Origin: Alistipes sp.
Lineage (GTDB): Bacteria; Bacteroidota; Bacteroidia; Bacteroidales; Rikenellaceae
Assembly: GCA_017381935.1 (NCBI GenBank)
Contig: JAFOBG010000049.1
Location: forward strand, 21,453-85,452
DNA: 64,000 nt
Reading direction: 5' to 3'
Numbering within the stretch: the stretch's first letter is position 1; every line of letters starts with the position of its first letter. The translations under genes and the position numbers were made by a program. Positions 8,610-17,957 of the stretch are shown piece after piece. Under the pieces are notes generated by a model, which was not told the DNA's origin, searched no databases, and saw only the letters and a list, made by a program, of their open reading frames with translations.

Positions 8610-11066
8610 ATGAAAAAGATATTTTTTACTACTCTTCTCTCTCTTGCAGCTATTATAGCCGCAACTGCTCAACCAAATCTTCCGGCGAAATGTATTGCCA
8701 AACTACCTAAGGTGCTTAATAACATCATCATCTCTGAGGTAGAGGCTAATGCAGTCCTTAAATCGGGAGATTATGGTCAGTCAAACACAATTGAGGCCTA
8801 TTGGACCGCATATAGCGATCGTGAGCATAATACAACCTATATGTCGCCATCTCCAACGGCTGAGAAGTGCTCTGAGCTTGAGTGGAATGAGACTGTACGT
8901 ATTGCAAAGATTCAAGGTAACTTTGCCCTTGTATATACAGAGCCAAACAAGCACGAGCAGTTCCCACTTATCTCTGCAGATGCTGTTTGCCGAGGTTGGG
9001 TAGATATGAGAAAACTACTTCTTTGGAGATCTTGCCTTGCAAATGATGAGGGTATCTACTTTAAAGCTCTGCTCTGCGTCAACTTGGAGGCTGGTTCAAG
9101 CGCTACCCAAGACTTTGGTAGAGGTTATAAGGCTCCTAATTCAGGTGCATCAAAGGAGAGCCTTACTACCGATATGAACTTCTACTATGTAATGAAGTAT
9201 GAGAATGATATGGCACTGCTTGCAACACAGAGCCGTATGGATGGTAAACTATCTGATAAGGTACTCTTCTGCTGGGTGCCAAAGCAGTCTTATGTACCTT
9301 GGAACCAGCGTTCATGTCTTGAGCCTACATGGAAGCATGATGACGTTGAGTACTTCGCATCAAAAAAGATTTCTGCCATCGTATATGAGGATCTAAAGCA
9401 GCAGAAACGCGCTTCAACTATTGAGTACCACAAGAAAGAGTCTCCTACATACGAGCAGTATTTGTACCGTATGAAGGGTTCTGATTTGCGTTACCCTATT
9501 CTTGATAATGGAACTGCGACAGTCTATAACATGTCAACATTTAGTGTACATGGTGGTGTAGCGGTAGGTACTGAGAATGAGGCTCCCGAGACTAAGAATG
9601 CTGATGATATTCAGAAGGAGAAGTTGGAGAAGATGCTCAACATCAATCTTGTCATTGTAATCGACGGTACTGACTCAATGGCCCCTTATTACCCTGCGGT
9701 AAAGGAGGCTATCAAGTCTGGTCTGGAGTACTTCTCGCAAGGCTACAAGATTAAAGTTGGTATTGTTATCTACCGAGACTACGCTGATGGTGAGGAGGGT
9801 CTTGTTGAGATGATGCCGCTTACTAATGTAAGTAACGGTACTCTGCTTGCTCGTGTAAACAACTTCCTTGACACAGGAGGTACGTACGGTATCAAGAGTG
9901 CTAAATCCGATATGACACAGACTGAGGCTCTCTACTACGGTATGGGTTATGCCCTGGATAACATGCGTTTTGCAGAGGGTGAGAGTAACATTATGCTTGT
10001 TGTCGGAGATTGTGGAAATACCGCAGATGACACAAATTGTCCTACTCCAGAACAACTTGTAGCAAAGATTGTTGAGAAGGATATTCACATGATGGGTTTC
10101 CAGGTACAGAACAAGAACATCGTTGCCTTCAACTCATTTAACAACCAGCTCTTACCAATCATGCGTAACAGTTTGGCTAACAACTATAAGAAGCTAGATG
10201 CTAGTCTCCAAGCAAGTATCCGAGTTAGCGCACGCCCTGCAAAGAGTGAGGCTGGTATTGACGAGGGTTATAACTTTACTGCAAACGTTGACCGTCAGCT
10301 CTATATCAGCAGCCACCGCTTTGCCGATGCTAATGTAAATGAGGGTAAGATGGATCCACTGTTGCTTACAGAGCACATGACAGGATCTATCAAATCATTT
10401 GCATCTGCCGTTCAGGGACAGATTGACCTTATCACTGAGGGTGCTAAGAAGACTGCTAAGCGTATTGCTACCGGTAGTAAGTTTAAGGGAACTGTTGCGG
10501 CAAATGGTATGATGAATATTGACGATGCATTTATTGCATCTCGATTGGGTGCAGACTGGGCTGAGCAGCTTAAGAATAGTGGTAACGTGATTAACTTTAG
10601 CGGTTATGTAATGAGACAAGACGCAAGTGGTCGTGATTTCTTCAAGCCCGTAATCTTTATCTCAATGGAGGAGTATGATGAGCTTCTTAAGCGTCTTGCA
10701 CCTGTTGCTGAGGCTGCAATGAACTCTCAGACGAAGGATAGAACTCCATACATCGAGGCGATGAAGGCTCTTGTTCGCAGTTTGAGCCCTGGTATTACAG
10801 AGAATGACATGGCGAAGTTGACAAATGAGGAGATTACCAAGATGATTGGTGGTCTTCATGAGGCAGCTAAGTCTCTGAACTCTTATACTATTGAGAGTCT
10901 ATCAGACCCTATCGCAGTTCCACCTCAGAAGTACTTGAGTATTATTACCGACTTTAGCCGTAAGTACAAGAATCTGAGCCGTATCCGCCAGAGCAGAACT
11001 TACAAGTATGTAAAAGAGTTTAACAGCGCTAAGTACTATTGGATTCCTATTGAGGATCTACCTTAA
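8610..11066 (+). CDS. Exported von Willebrand factor A (vWA) domain protein
   Basis: The signal peptide is MKKIFFTTLLSLAAIIAATAQ. The MIDAS-like strand is LVIVIDGTDSM (DxTxS). A downstream Thr (TQTEALYYGMGYAL) and Asp (IMLVVGDCGN) sit at the spacing expected for vWA. Large N- and C-terminal regions are unassigned. Confidence 0.8.
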   Translation: MKKIFFTTLLSLAAIIAATAQPNLPAKCIAKLPKVLNNIIISEVEANAVLKSGDYGQSNTIEAYWTAYSDREHNTTYMSPSPTAEKCSELEWNETVRIAKIQGNFALVYTEPNKHEQFPLISADAVCRGWVDMRKLLLWRSCLANDEGIYFKALLCVNLEAGSSATQDFGRGYKAPNSGASKESLTTDMNFYYVMKYENDMALLATQSRMDGKLSDKVLFCWVPKQSYVPWNQRSCLEPTWKHDDVEYFASKKISAIVYEDLKQQKRASTIEYHKKESPTYEQYLYRMKGSDLRYPILDNGTATVYNMSTFSVHGGVAVGTENEAPETKNADDIQKEKLEKMLNINLVIVIDGTDSMAPYYPAVKEAIKSGLEYFSQGYKIKVGIVIYRDYADGEEGLVEMMPLTNVSNGTLLARVNNFLDTGGTYGIKSAKSDMTQTEALYYGMGYALDNMRFAEGESNIMLVVGDCGNTADDTNCPTPEQLVAKIVEKDIHMMGFQVQNKNIVAFNSFNNQLLPIMRNSLANNYKKLDASLQASIRVSARPAKSEAGIDEGYNFTANVDRQLYISSHRFADANVNEGKMDPLLLTEHMTGSIKSFASAVQGQIDLITEGAKKTAKRIATGSKFKGTVAANGMMNIDDAFIASRLGADWAEQLKNSGNVINFSGYVMRQDASGRDFFKPVIFISMEEYDELLKRLAPVAEAAMNSQTKDRTPYIEAMKALVRSLSPGITENDMAKLTNEEITKMIGGLHEAAKSLNSYTIESLSDPIAVPPQKYLSIITDFSRKYKNLSRIRQSRTYKYVKEFNSAKYYWIPIEDLP

Positions 11067-11077
11067 TATAATAGATA

Positions 11078-11944
11078 ATGAAGAGACTTTTTGATATATC
11101 CAATCTTCGATGCTCCTACGACAAACACTATAAGGAGGGGGTATCAAAGGTTATTCTGGAGATAGATAAGTTAGTTATACCAAAAGGTAAGAAGGTGTTT
11201 ATCGTGGGTGAGTCGGGAATTGGTAAGAGTACCATTCTCGAAACCCTCGGTATGATGAACAACACCATTGTTACCAATGACAATACACGTTTCCACTTCT
11301 ACGAAGATGATAACACAATTGTAGATTTGGCAGCACTTTGGAAGTGTAGTGATAAGGAGCTATCGGAGTTTCGCCTAAAGCACTTCAGTTTTATCTTCCA
11401 GAGCACAAACCTTATGCGTAACTTTACAGCCTATGAGAATATAGCTTTGACACGTATGCTTCAACGCTACAGTCAGAGTTCATCATTTGAGAAGGCTAAT
11501 CAGGTTATGAAGGACCTCGGACTTGAGCATATAGACCAAACTCGTATGACTCAAGAGCTCTCAGGAGGTCAGCAACAGCGTTTGGCTTTTGCCCGTGCTA
11601 TTTTGCCTGACTTTACAGTTCTTTTTGGTGATGAGCCAACCGGAAACCTTGATAGCGACAATGCTGTTAAGGCAATGGAACTCCTCTCAAACAAGCTCTC
11701 ACAACTTGAGGGTAGTTCGGCAATCATCGTTTCGCACGATATGCATCTTGCAGTAACATTTGCCGACGTGATTATCAAGATTCGCAAAGAGGTGCGTAAA
11801 TCTAACTCTGTAAAGGATGAAGTAATCTATTACGGAGCGATTGATGATAGTTGCATCTTTACGCCTAATCAAAATGGAGAGTGGAGCAACGGCAGTGAGA
11901 GCTACTTGCCAGCAGATTTTGAGTTGTACTTAAAGAGATGGTAG
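11078..11944 (+). CDS. ABC transporter ATP-binding protein, MacB/LolD/FtsE-like
   Basis: Motifs present are Walker A GESGIGKST, Q-loop FIFQS, signature LSGGQQQR, Walker B VLFGDEPTGNLD and H-loop IIVSHD. The stop overlaps the next start (ATGGTAG). Confidence 0.9.
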   Translation: MKRLFDISNLRCSYDKHYKEGVSKVILEIDKLVIPKGKKVFIVGESGIGKSTILETLGMMNNTIVTNDNTRFHFYEDDNTIVDLAALWKCSDKELSEFRLKHFSFIFQSTNLMRNFTAYENIALTRMLQRYSQSSSFEKANQVMKDLGLEHIDQTRMTQELSGGQQQRLAFARAILPDFTVLFGDEPTGNLDSDNAVKAMELLSNKLSQLEGSSAIIVSHDMHLAVTFADVIIKIRKEVRKSNSVKDEVIYYGAIDDSCIFTPNQNGEWSNGSESYLPADFELYLKRW

Positions 11945-13524
11945 CAATGAGACTTAAAGATATTATATCAACCGACTATTTTAAACTCTTTGTCAAGCGC
12001 GAAGGAAAAGTAGTGCTTGGAAAGAACTACTCAAGCCTTTGGTTGCTATGTAGCGTCCTTACAACAACATTCTTGGCCATAGCATTCAGTAATGCAAGTC
12101 TTAACTACCTATCATACAAGATGAACGACCCGTTTATCAATTGGGTAGATATTAAGAATAACTTCGGAGAGAATGACTTTATAGGTTTTGAGCAGGCCCT
12201 ACGCGAAGAGCAGAACAAAGAGCGTTTCCACTTTAACGGTTACCAAACCGATAAATATTGGTACTCACTTTTTGGTACTGCGAATAACAATAGCCGTAAC
12301 CTTAAGTGTCGCTATTTCGCTGATATTCAGACACCTTTAGTACAGGCCATTATGGATAAAGACAATGTCGTATCAAAGGCTTGTATTGCAGCTGAGAATA
12401 TCAACAACCAATCATACGGTGTCATCATTACTCAAGATGCTCTTTGTAGTAAGTTGGGTTATGATATTGACAATATCCCGTCATATATCAACTACTTCAC
12501 ATATTGCAATCCTGATGCAAGTGAGTATGGTGTAGATATCTTAGGAGACGGCTTTGCCCTTGCCCCAATCCCTGTATTGGCTGTTGTAAAGCGTCTGCCA
12601 ACCAACATGGATATTATTAGTACCAAGTTCCTCTATCTTCAGAATCTGGGGTGGGCTCTTAATATGGACCGCATAGAGTACCACACATCTTTTATCTACT
12701 TCCTGCCTAACAAGGTAGATGTAGAGAAGTTTAAGACTGAGCTAGAAGGATTGACTGCAGAGAAGTGCACAACTTCATTCTTTACACTCTATGGACAGGA
12801 CCTACCAATGACTCGTATGATCCCATTCCGAGAGGGTACATTTATTCTCCTTCAGTTTGACTATCCTGATGAGGTCGATTTTGTAGCTACAAAAGAGATT
12901 AATCAGACTATCCTTGACAAATACAAGGAGGATGGTGTATATCGTATCTATGACTATGTTGAGAGCTTTACTACTGACGACCAGGACGACTATATCTCAG
13001 TACATTTTGGCAATCTGGATATGATTAGTAGTTTCCAAGAGTTTGCAAAAGAGAACTTCAAGATTGATATTGAGATGTCTCAAATCAATGCAAAGGAGAA
13101 CTTTAATGAGGTAAGCATTATGGCAAACATACTCTCATGGACTATGATTGTCTTTGCCATTGTATGTATTATTCTATTTATTATCAACTTGTTGCAGTCC
13201 TACTTCCAGAAGGTAAAGCGCAATTTGGGTACATTCAAGGCATTCGGAATCAGCAATATGGAGTTGATAAGTGTCTATGTACTGATTATGGTGGCAACTA
13301 TTTTGGTAGCTATCACTATCTCTCTTGGCGCATCCTATCTTATTGAGATTATACTGCCTCTTTTAGGCATTGTAAAGGATGCTTCATTTGGATACCTCTC
13401 TCTATGGAATGGAAAGACCTTAGTCTCTGTTCTTATCATCATAGCAGCCTCTGTTGCTACTGTATATATGGTAATGAGCAAACTTCTAAAGGCAACCCCT
13501 GGAGACCTAATTTATGACAGATAG
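11938..13524 (+). CDS. FtsX/MacB-type ABC permease with a large periplasmic domain
   Basis: One N-terminal TM helix (LWLLCSVLTTTFLAIAF) is followed by an extracytoplasmic region of about 330 aa. The C-terminal three-TM FtsX-like module contains …LGTFKAFGISNMELISVYVLIMVATILVAITISLG…. The 7-nt overlap with the ATPase gene indicates translational coupling. Confidence 0.8.
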   Translation: MVAMRLKDIISTDYFKLFVKREGKVVLGKNYSSLWLLCSVLTTTFLAIAFSNASLNYLSYKMNDPFINWVDIKNNFGENDFIGFEQALREEQNKERFHFNGYQTDKYWYSLFGTANNNSRNLKCRYFADIQTPLVQAIMDKDNVVSKACIAAENINNQSYGVIITQDALCSKLGYDIDNIPSYINYFTYCNPDASEYGVDILGDGFALAPIPVLAVVKRLPTNMDIISTKFLYLQNLGWALNMDRIEYHTSFIYFLPNKVDVEKFKTELEGLTAEKCTTSFFTLYGQDLPMTRMIPFREGTFILLQFDYPDEVDFVATKEINQTILDKYKEDGVYRIYDYVESFTTDDQDDYISVHFGNLDMISSFQEFAKENFKIDIEMSQINAKENFNEVSIMANILSWTMIVFAIVCIILFIINLLQSYFQKVKRNLGTFKAFGISNMELISVYVLIMVATILVAITISLGASYLIEIILPLLGIVKDASFGYLSLWNGKTLVSVLIIIAASVATVYMVMSKLLKATPGDLIYDR

Positions 13525-13542
13525 AAAAAAGGAGAATATAAT

Positions 13543-16500
13543 ATGAAAAAATTTCTATTAGCATTTTGCACCATTGCCCTTCTTGCCTCTTGCGACCAGG
13601 TGGCCCCAGAACAGAGTGTTCACCCAGGAACAGAGGGTATGGCTGTATCTATCAGAGAGGCAACAATCCCTCCAATGGGAAACCTAGGAGATAAGAGTGA
13701 GTATATACAATTCACTGTATCTTCAGAGGTTGCATGGAAGATAGAGAGAAATGGTGCTGATTGGCTTTTGTTTGATTTTAACGGCAAACCAAGTTCTACT
13801 CTCAAGGGCGCTGCCGGAACTACAAATGTAGCAATGTATGCCCCTGTAAATACAGAGTCTGAATCATACCGTACAGCAAAGGTTGATTTTATTTTTAGTG
13901 ATGCAAGTAAGAGCGTAGCCACTATAGATGTATATCAGGAGCGTCCTTATTTGAGAATTAAGGCTGCTGATCAGACCCTTGAAGAGCCTGAAAGCATACA
14001 CAACTTCCTCTTCCATTGGGACGAGAGCGAGGATCAAGTTACAGATGCTGAGCAGAGTATTACCATCTATTCTAATACTCCATGGAAGATTTCTCTTGGA
14101 GAGAATGCTCGTACATACCTCTGTCAAGAGGGTCTTGAGCCATTTGATGGCAAAGCAACTGTTAATGCAATTGGTCAGAACGGTATTCTTATCGGTCCAA
14201 CTGATAATCAATGGCTTGTTTGTTCTCAGATAGAGGGTGATACAACAGGTGATTTAAGAGCCGGCGATAATGGCGTGAATGTAAAGTTCAACCCACTACG
14301 ATACAATACAACTCGCAATGATCGTACACTTAACATTGTTGTTTCCGGTCAGAACAAATTGTGGCAAACAATGTACCTAAATTTCGTTCAGGAGAATTTG
14401 ATATTTGTTGCCACTTTGGATGGAGCAGATGTTGCAGACAAAGATGCACAGGATAATATTCCTACTGTTATCAAATATCCTGCATGTAACACCACAACCA
14501 TTGCTCAGCATCAATTTACAGTTGAGTCTGAGCTTGATTGGGTTCTTAATGACAATAGTTCGACATGGGTTGTAACAACTCCTAAGGAGGGATACGGCTC
14601 AGGTGTTGATGGTCAAGGCCTTGTAACTCCTGGTACTATCAACCTTATTGAAAATGATGCTAATCCGGGTTCAGAGGTGCGTGAGGAGATTCTCACCTTT
14701 ATAAGTCAGGCCGATGTTAACCCTAAACCAAGCCTATATATCAAGGTGGAGCAAGAGGGTTATATCTTTGAACTTAATCCATCGACTCTAAATATTAGCA
14801 ATAACGATTTGACTGAAAGAGAGATACAATTTATGTCATCAGGTCATTGGGAGGTAGATAAGGCCTCTGTTCCTGAGTGGATTACTGTATCAGGCGGAGA
14901 GGGTATTGGTCTTGAATATGGTGCACAGGGTGTAGAGCGTTTTAATATTAACGCAAACTGCCAGAACCTACTACTTACCGATCGCTCTCAGAATATCGTC
15001 GTGAAAAGTACTCAGCCAGGTAACAACATGGCTAAGAGTATCTCCGTAACTCAAGATAAGTATATTTTCGATGCTACATCGTTAGACTCCGACCTTCAGT
15101 TCGGAACTGACGAGAGTGTTAATGCACCTGCCACCCTCGATATTCACAGTTCAGGTGATTGGGAGATTAGTATCAAGTATCCAGATAGCTACAACCAAAA
15201 CTTGGATTGGTTGGAATGCGAGAAATATTCCGGAAACGGTAATGCTAAAATTACATATTGGGCAAAGAGCGTAAACGGAGATATCGACAATGACCGTATG
15301 GCGACTATCGTCGTTACAAGTAGCACCCACAAAAACGCAGGCGTTCCTATTGACGATATAGAAATCAATATCAAACAACGTAAGTTCACATTCAACATTA
15401 CAGCAAACTCCCCAATCTCATATTATGCAGTAGATAGCAGTTCAAACAATGTCGCAATTGACTGTTCTGTTGCATGGCAGGTTGATGCTTCAGAGAGTTG
15501 GGTAAAACTAAATAGAGTTTCTGGAACAAGTAACACCAAGTCTCTATCTGTAACTGTTGAGAACAACCTCTCACTCTCTCCTCGTCAGGCTACCGTTACT
15601 ATTAGCAATATAGATCCGGCCTATGGTGAGCATACAAAGAGCTTTACCATTGAGCAGAAGGGATTTGTATTCAATGTTAGCGGCACTACTGAATACAACA
15701 ACCTAAGCCCTATAAACGCTACAGGCAACTACGAGGTGCAAGTTACCTGCTCAGGAGCATGGAGTGTCAAGCCTGCTGAGGCATGGGTTACAGCCTCTCC
15801 AAGTAGCGGTAATGGAGGCAATCCGGAGGCTGCAAAGAGTGTACACTTTACTGTAGCAGACAACCCAAATCTCTCTACTCGTTCAACAAGCGTTACAATT
15901 AGCAGTAATCTCGACTCTCAATATTCTAAGAGTGTAACATTCTCTCAGAATGCATTTGAGTTTAACAACACTCCAAAGAGTTTCTCTTTTGATGCTATCA
16001 ACTCAAAGAGCGAAAAGATTGATATCGTATGTAGCGGTAATTGGGTACTTGATGGTTATGAGAGTTGGATGGGAGCTGACAAGACAAGCGGCTCTGGTAA
16101 CACTACAATCACTATCACTCCTACAACCAATACCAATAAGGGTACAGGTCGTATGAATAGAGTGCTTAAGGTTGTAAGTTCTCTCCACAAAAACATCGGT
16201 TGGTCTGATATGGCCTCTGTAACAAAGGTTATCAATATTAGCCAAAACGGTTTGCAGTTTGATGATACTCCTGTAACTGTTCCTCCATTCAAGGCCATCT
16301 CTCCAAGCAGCTATACTGCATCAATTGGTCTATGTGATGGTGGTTGGGAGATAAAGTCTGTACCTAGTTGGGTTACAGTAACTCCTACTTCAGGCACAAG
16401 CTACCAGAGTATCATGATTACTCCAAGCGAGAATACTAGTATGCAGATGCGTGAAGCAACTATTGAGGTAGTAAGTAAATTAAACTCTTCTCTTAAGAAG

Positions 16501-16863
16501 GTTATCTCTCTGTCTCAGGCTGCATTTGTATTCGACACAAAGGATGCATCTGTAGAGTTTGAAGCAACAGACACCGCTGCAAATGCAAAGAAGGTAACTG
16601 TAGATGCCTCTTCTGCAGGTTGGACTTTAGTTTGTACCCAGACATGGCTTACAGTATCACCTACTGTATCATTTGACGGTGCAAAGACTGAAATTACCAT
16701 TACCCCTACAGAAAATAAGGATACTAAGTCCCGTACTGCAACAATAACCATTACAAGTGATAAGAACTCATCACTTACAAAGACTATTACAGTAACTCAG
16801 AAGGCTGCAACACCTCCACCAACTGAGGATGATGACAAGAAACCTTCTACATCCTCTTTGTAA
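13543..16863 (+). CDS. Surface lipoprotein with about 10 tandem BACON-like repeats
   Basis: The lipobox is LLASC. A motif of about 90-100 aa repeats as W-x(5-9)-W(I/V/L)x(V/L)-x(2-4)-SG(S/N/T)G-…-V-x-(N/D)-…-R-x-A-x-(I/V)-x-(I/V)-x-S. Examples are AWSVKPAEAWVTASPSSGNGG…RSTSVTISS and GWEIKSVPSWVTVTPTSGTS…REATIEVVS. Confidence 0.75.
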   Translation: MKKFLLAFCTIALLASCDQVAPEQSVHPGTEGMAVSIREATIPPMGNLGDKSEYIQFTVSSEVAWKIERNGADWLLFDFNGKPSSTLKGAAGTTNVAMYAPVNTESESYRTAKVDFIFSDASKSVATIDVYQERPYLRIKAADQTLEEPESIHNFLFHWDESEDQVTDAEQSITIYSNTPWKISLGENARTYLCQEGLEPFDGKATVNAIGQNGILIGPTDNQWLVCSQIEGDTTGDLRAGDNGVNVKFNPLRYNTTRNDRTLNIVVSGQNKLWQTMYLNFVQENLIFVATLDGADVADKDAQDNIPTVIKYPACNTTTIAQHQFTVESELDWVLNDNSSTWVVTTPKEGYGSGVDGQGLVTPGTINLIENDANPGSEVREEILTFISQADVNPKPSLYIKVEQEGYIFELNPSTLNISNNDLTEREIQFMSSGHWEVDKASVPEWITVSGGEGIGLEYGAQGVERFNINANCQNLLLTDRSQNIVVKSTQPGNNMAKSISVTQDKYIFDATSLDSDLQFGTDESVNAPATLDIHSSGDWEISIKYPDSYNQNLDWLECEKYSGNGNAKITYWAKSVNGDIDNDRMATIVVTSSTHKNAGVPIDDIEINIKQRKFTFNITANSPISYYAVDSSSNNVAIDCSVAWQVDASESWVKLNRVSGTSNTKSLSVTVENNLSLSPRQATVTISNIDPAYGEHTKSFTIEQKGFVFNVSGTTEYNNLSPINATGNYEVQVTCSGAWSVKPAEAWVTASPSSGNGGNPEAAKSVHFTVADNPNLSTRSTSVTISSNLDSQYSKSVTFSQNAFEFNNTPKSFSFDAINSKSEKIDIVCSGNWVLDGYESWMGADKTSGSGNTTITITPTTNTNKGTGRMNRVLKVVSSLHKNIGWSDMASVTKVINISQNGLQFDDTPVTVPPFKAISPSSYTASIGLCDGGWEIKSVPSWVTVTPTSGTSYQSIMITPSENTSMQMREATIEVVSKLNSSLKKVISLSQAAFVFDTKDASVEFEATDTAANAKKVTVDASSAGWTLVCTQTWLTVSPTVSFDGAKTEITITPTENKDTKSRTATITITSDKNSSLTKTITVTQKAATPPPTEDDDKKPSTSSL

Positions 16864-16898
16864 AAGCATTAACAATAAACCTCAAACAATAAAAAGTT

Positions 16899-17930
16899 AT
16901 GAAGACCTTTTATATTGGCAGAAATCCTCAGAATGACATAGTTATTGCTGAGATGTCGGTCTCCGACCGTCATGGAGAGATTACCATTGAGGACAATGGT
17001 CAGATTGTATATACTGACCATAGTTCTAATGGAACATACATCAATGGCATCTTCTTACAACACTCTTCGCAGATTGTCTCTGTAGGAGACCATATTGTAT
17101 TCCCTGGTGGTATTGAGTTTAATTGGGCTATTCTTTCGCCGTACATTATTCCTCAAGGCTGTTTTGAAACCACACAGCCTACAACCTCTGTTCCTTACAA
17201 TGGAAACTCTGGTTTTGTTCCACCTCTGGTGAATAATCAGCCACAAGACTATAGCTCATATCCGGCCAACGATTCTACTGAGAGGGTTACTCTTAACTTT
17301 TCACTCACCTTTAAAGAGGGTCTAAGTAGCGGACTAAAGAACGCATTGAGTCTGCTTGCAATCCTACTGTTAGCCATATTAACATGTTGGATTCCATATA
17401 TCAACCTTGGAGTACTTATCGCAATTTCAACCCTGCCTGATCAATGGAGCCGAGGTGAGGTTGTCAGTCCTCTCTCTATTTTCAAGAGTTGCTATCGTCG
17501 CAATATGGGTACATATCTGTTACTACTTGCCTTCCTTGGCTTTGGAGTACTTCTCGCCACTTTATCAGGCGTCATTCCAGGTATAGTACTCTCTTTTGCA
17601 TGGTCGCTTGCAACACTATTTGTCGTAGTTGAAGGGAAAAATCCTATAGAGGCTCTTAATGTCTCTAATAATTGTACCTACGGTAGCAAGTGGACTATCT
17701 TTGCTGTTCTACTTGTCTTTGGTCTATGCGCAGGCATTGTTTCGGGAATTGTAGGAGGTTTGTCAGCACTTATCATCACAAGTTTAGCAGATAGTGGTGA
17801 GGCTGCTGTAGTTATTGTCTCTATACTATTTGGCCTGATTATGTTGGCACTTAGCGCTGTTATTTACTCTATCAGCATAGGTATCTCAGGCTCTATATGG
17901 AAACAACTTAAACAAAACGCAAACAACTAA
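16899..17930 (+). CDS. FHA domain fused to a polytopic (about 5-6 TM) membrane domain
   Basis: The FHA signature is IGRNPQNDIVI…VSDRHGEI…HSSNGTYING. A Pro-rich linker and several long hydrophobic helices follow (LLAILLLAILTCWIPYINLGVLIAI; YLLLLAFLGFGVLLATLSGVIPGIVLSFAW; and others). Confidence 0.8.
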   Translation: MKTFYIGRNPQNDIVIAEMSVSDRHGEITIEDNGQIVYTDHSSNGTYINGIFLQHSSQIVSVGDHIVFPGGIEFNWAILSPYIIPQGCFETTQPTTSVPYNGNSGFVPPLVNNQPQDYSSYPANDSTERVTLNFSLTFKEGLSSGLKNALSLLAILLLAILTCWIPYINLGVLIAISTLPDQWSRGEVVSPLSIFKSCYRRNMGTYLLLLAFLGFGVLLATLSGVIPGIVLSFAWSLATLFVVVEGKNPIEALNVSNNCTYGSKWTIFAVLLVFGLCAGIVSGIVGGLSALIITSLADSGEAAVVIVSILFGLIMLALSAVIYSISIGISGSIWKQLKQNANN

Positions 17931-17957
17931 TATTAACACATTAAAAAACTTATAGCT

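Noticed and set aside
13543-16863. Reading the BACON-repeat protein as part of a polysaccharide utilisation locus.
   Set aside because: The window has no SusC-like TonB-dependent transporter, SusD-like protein, glycoside hydrolase or hybrid two-component regulator.
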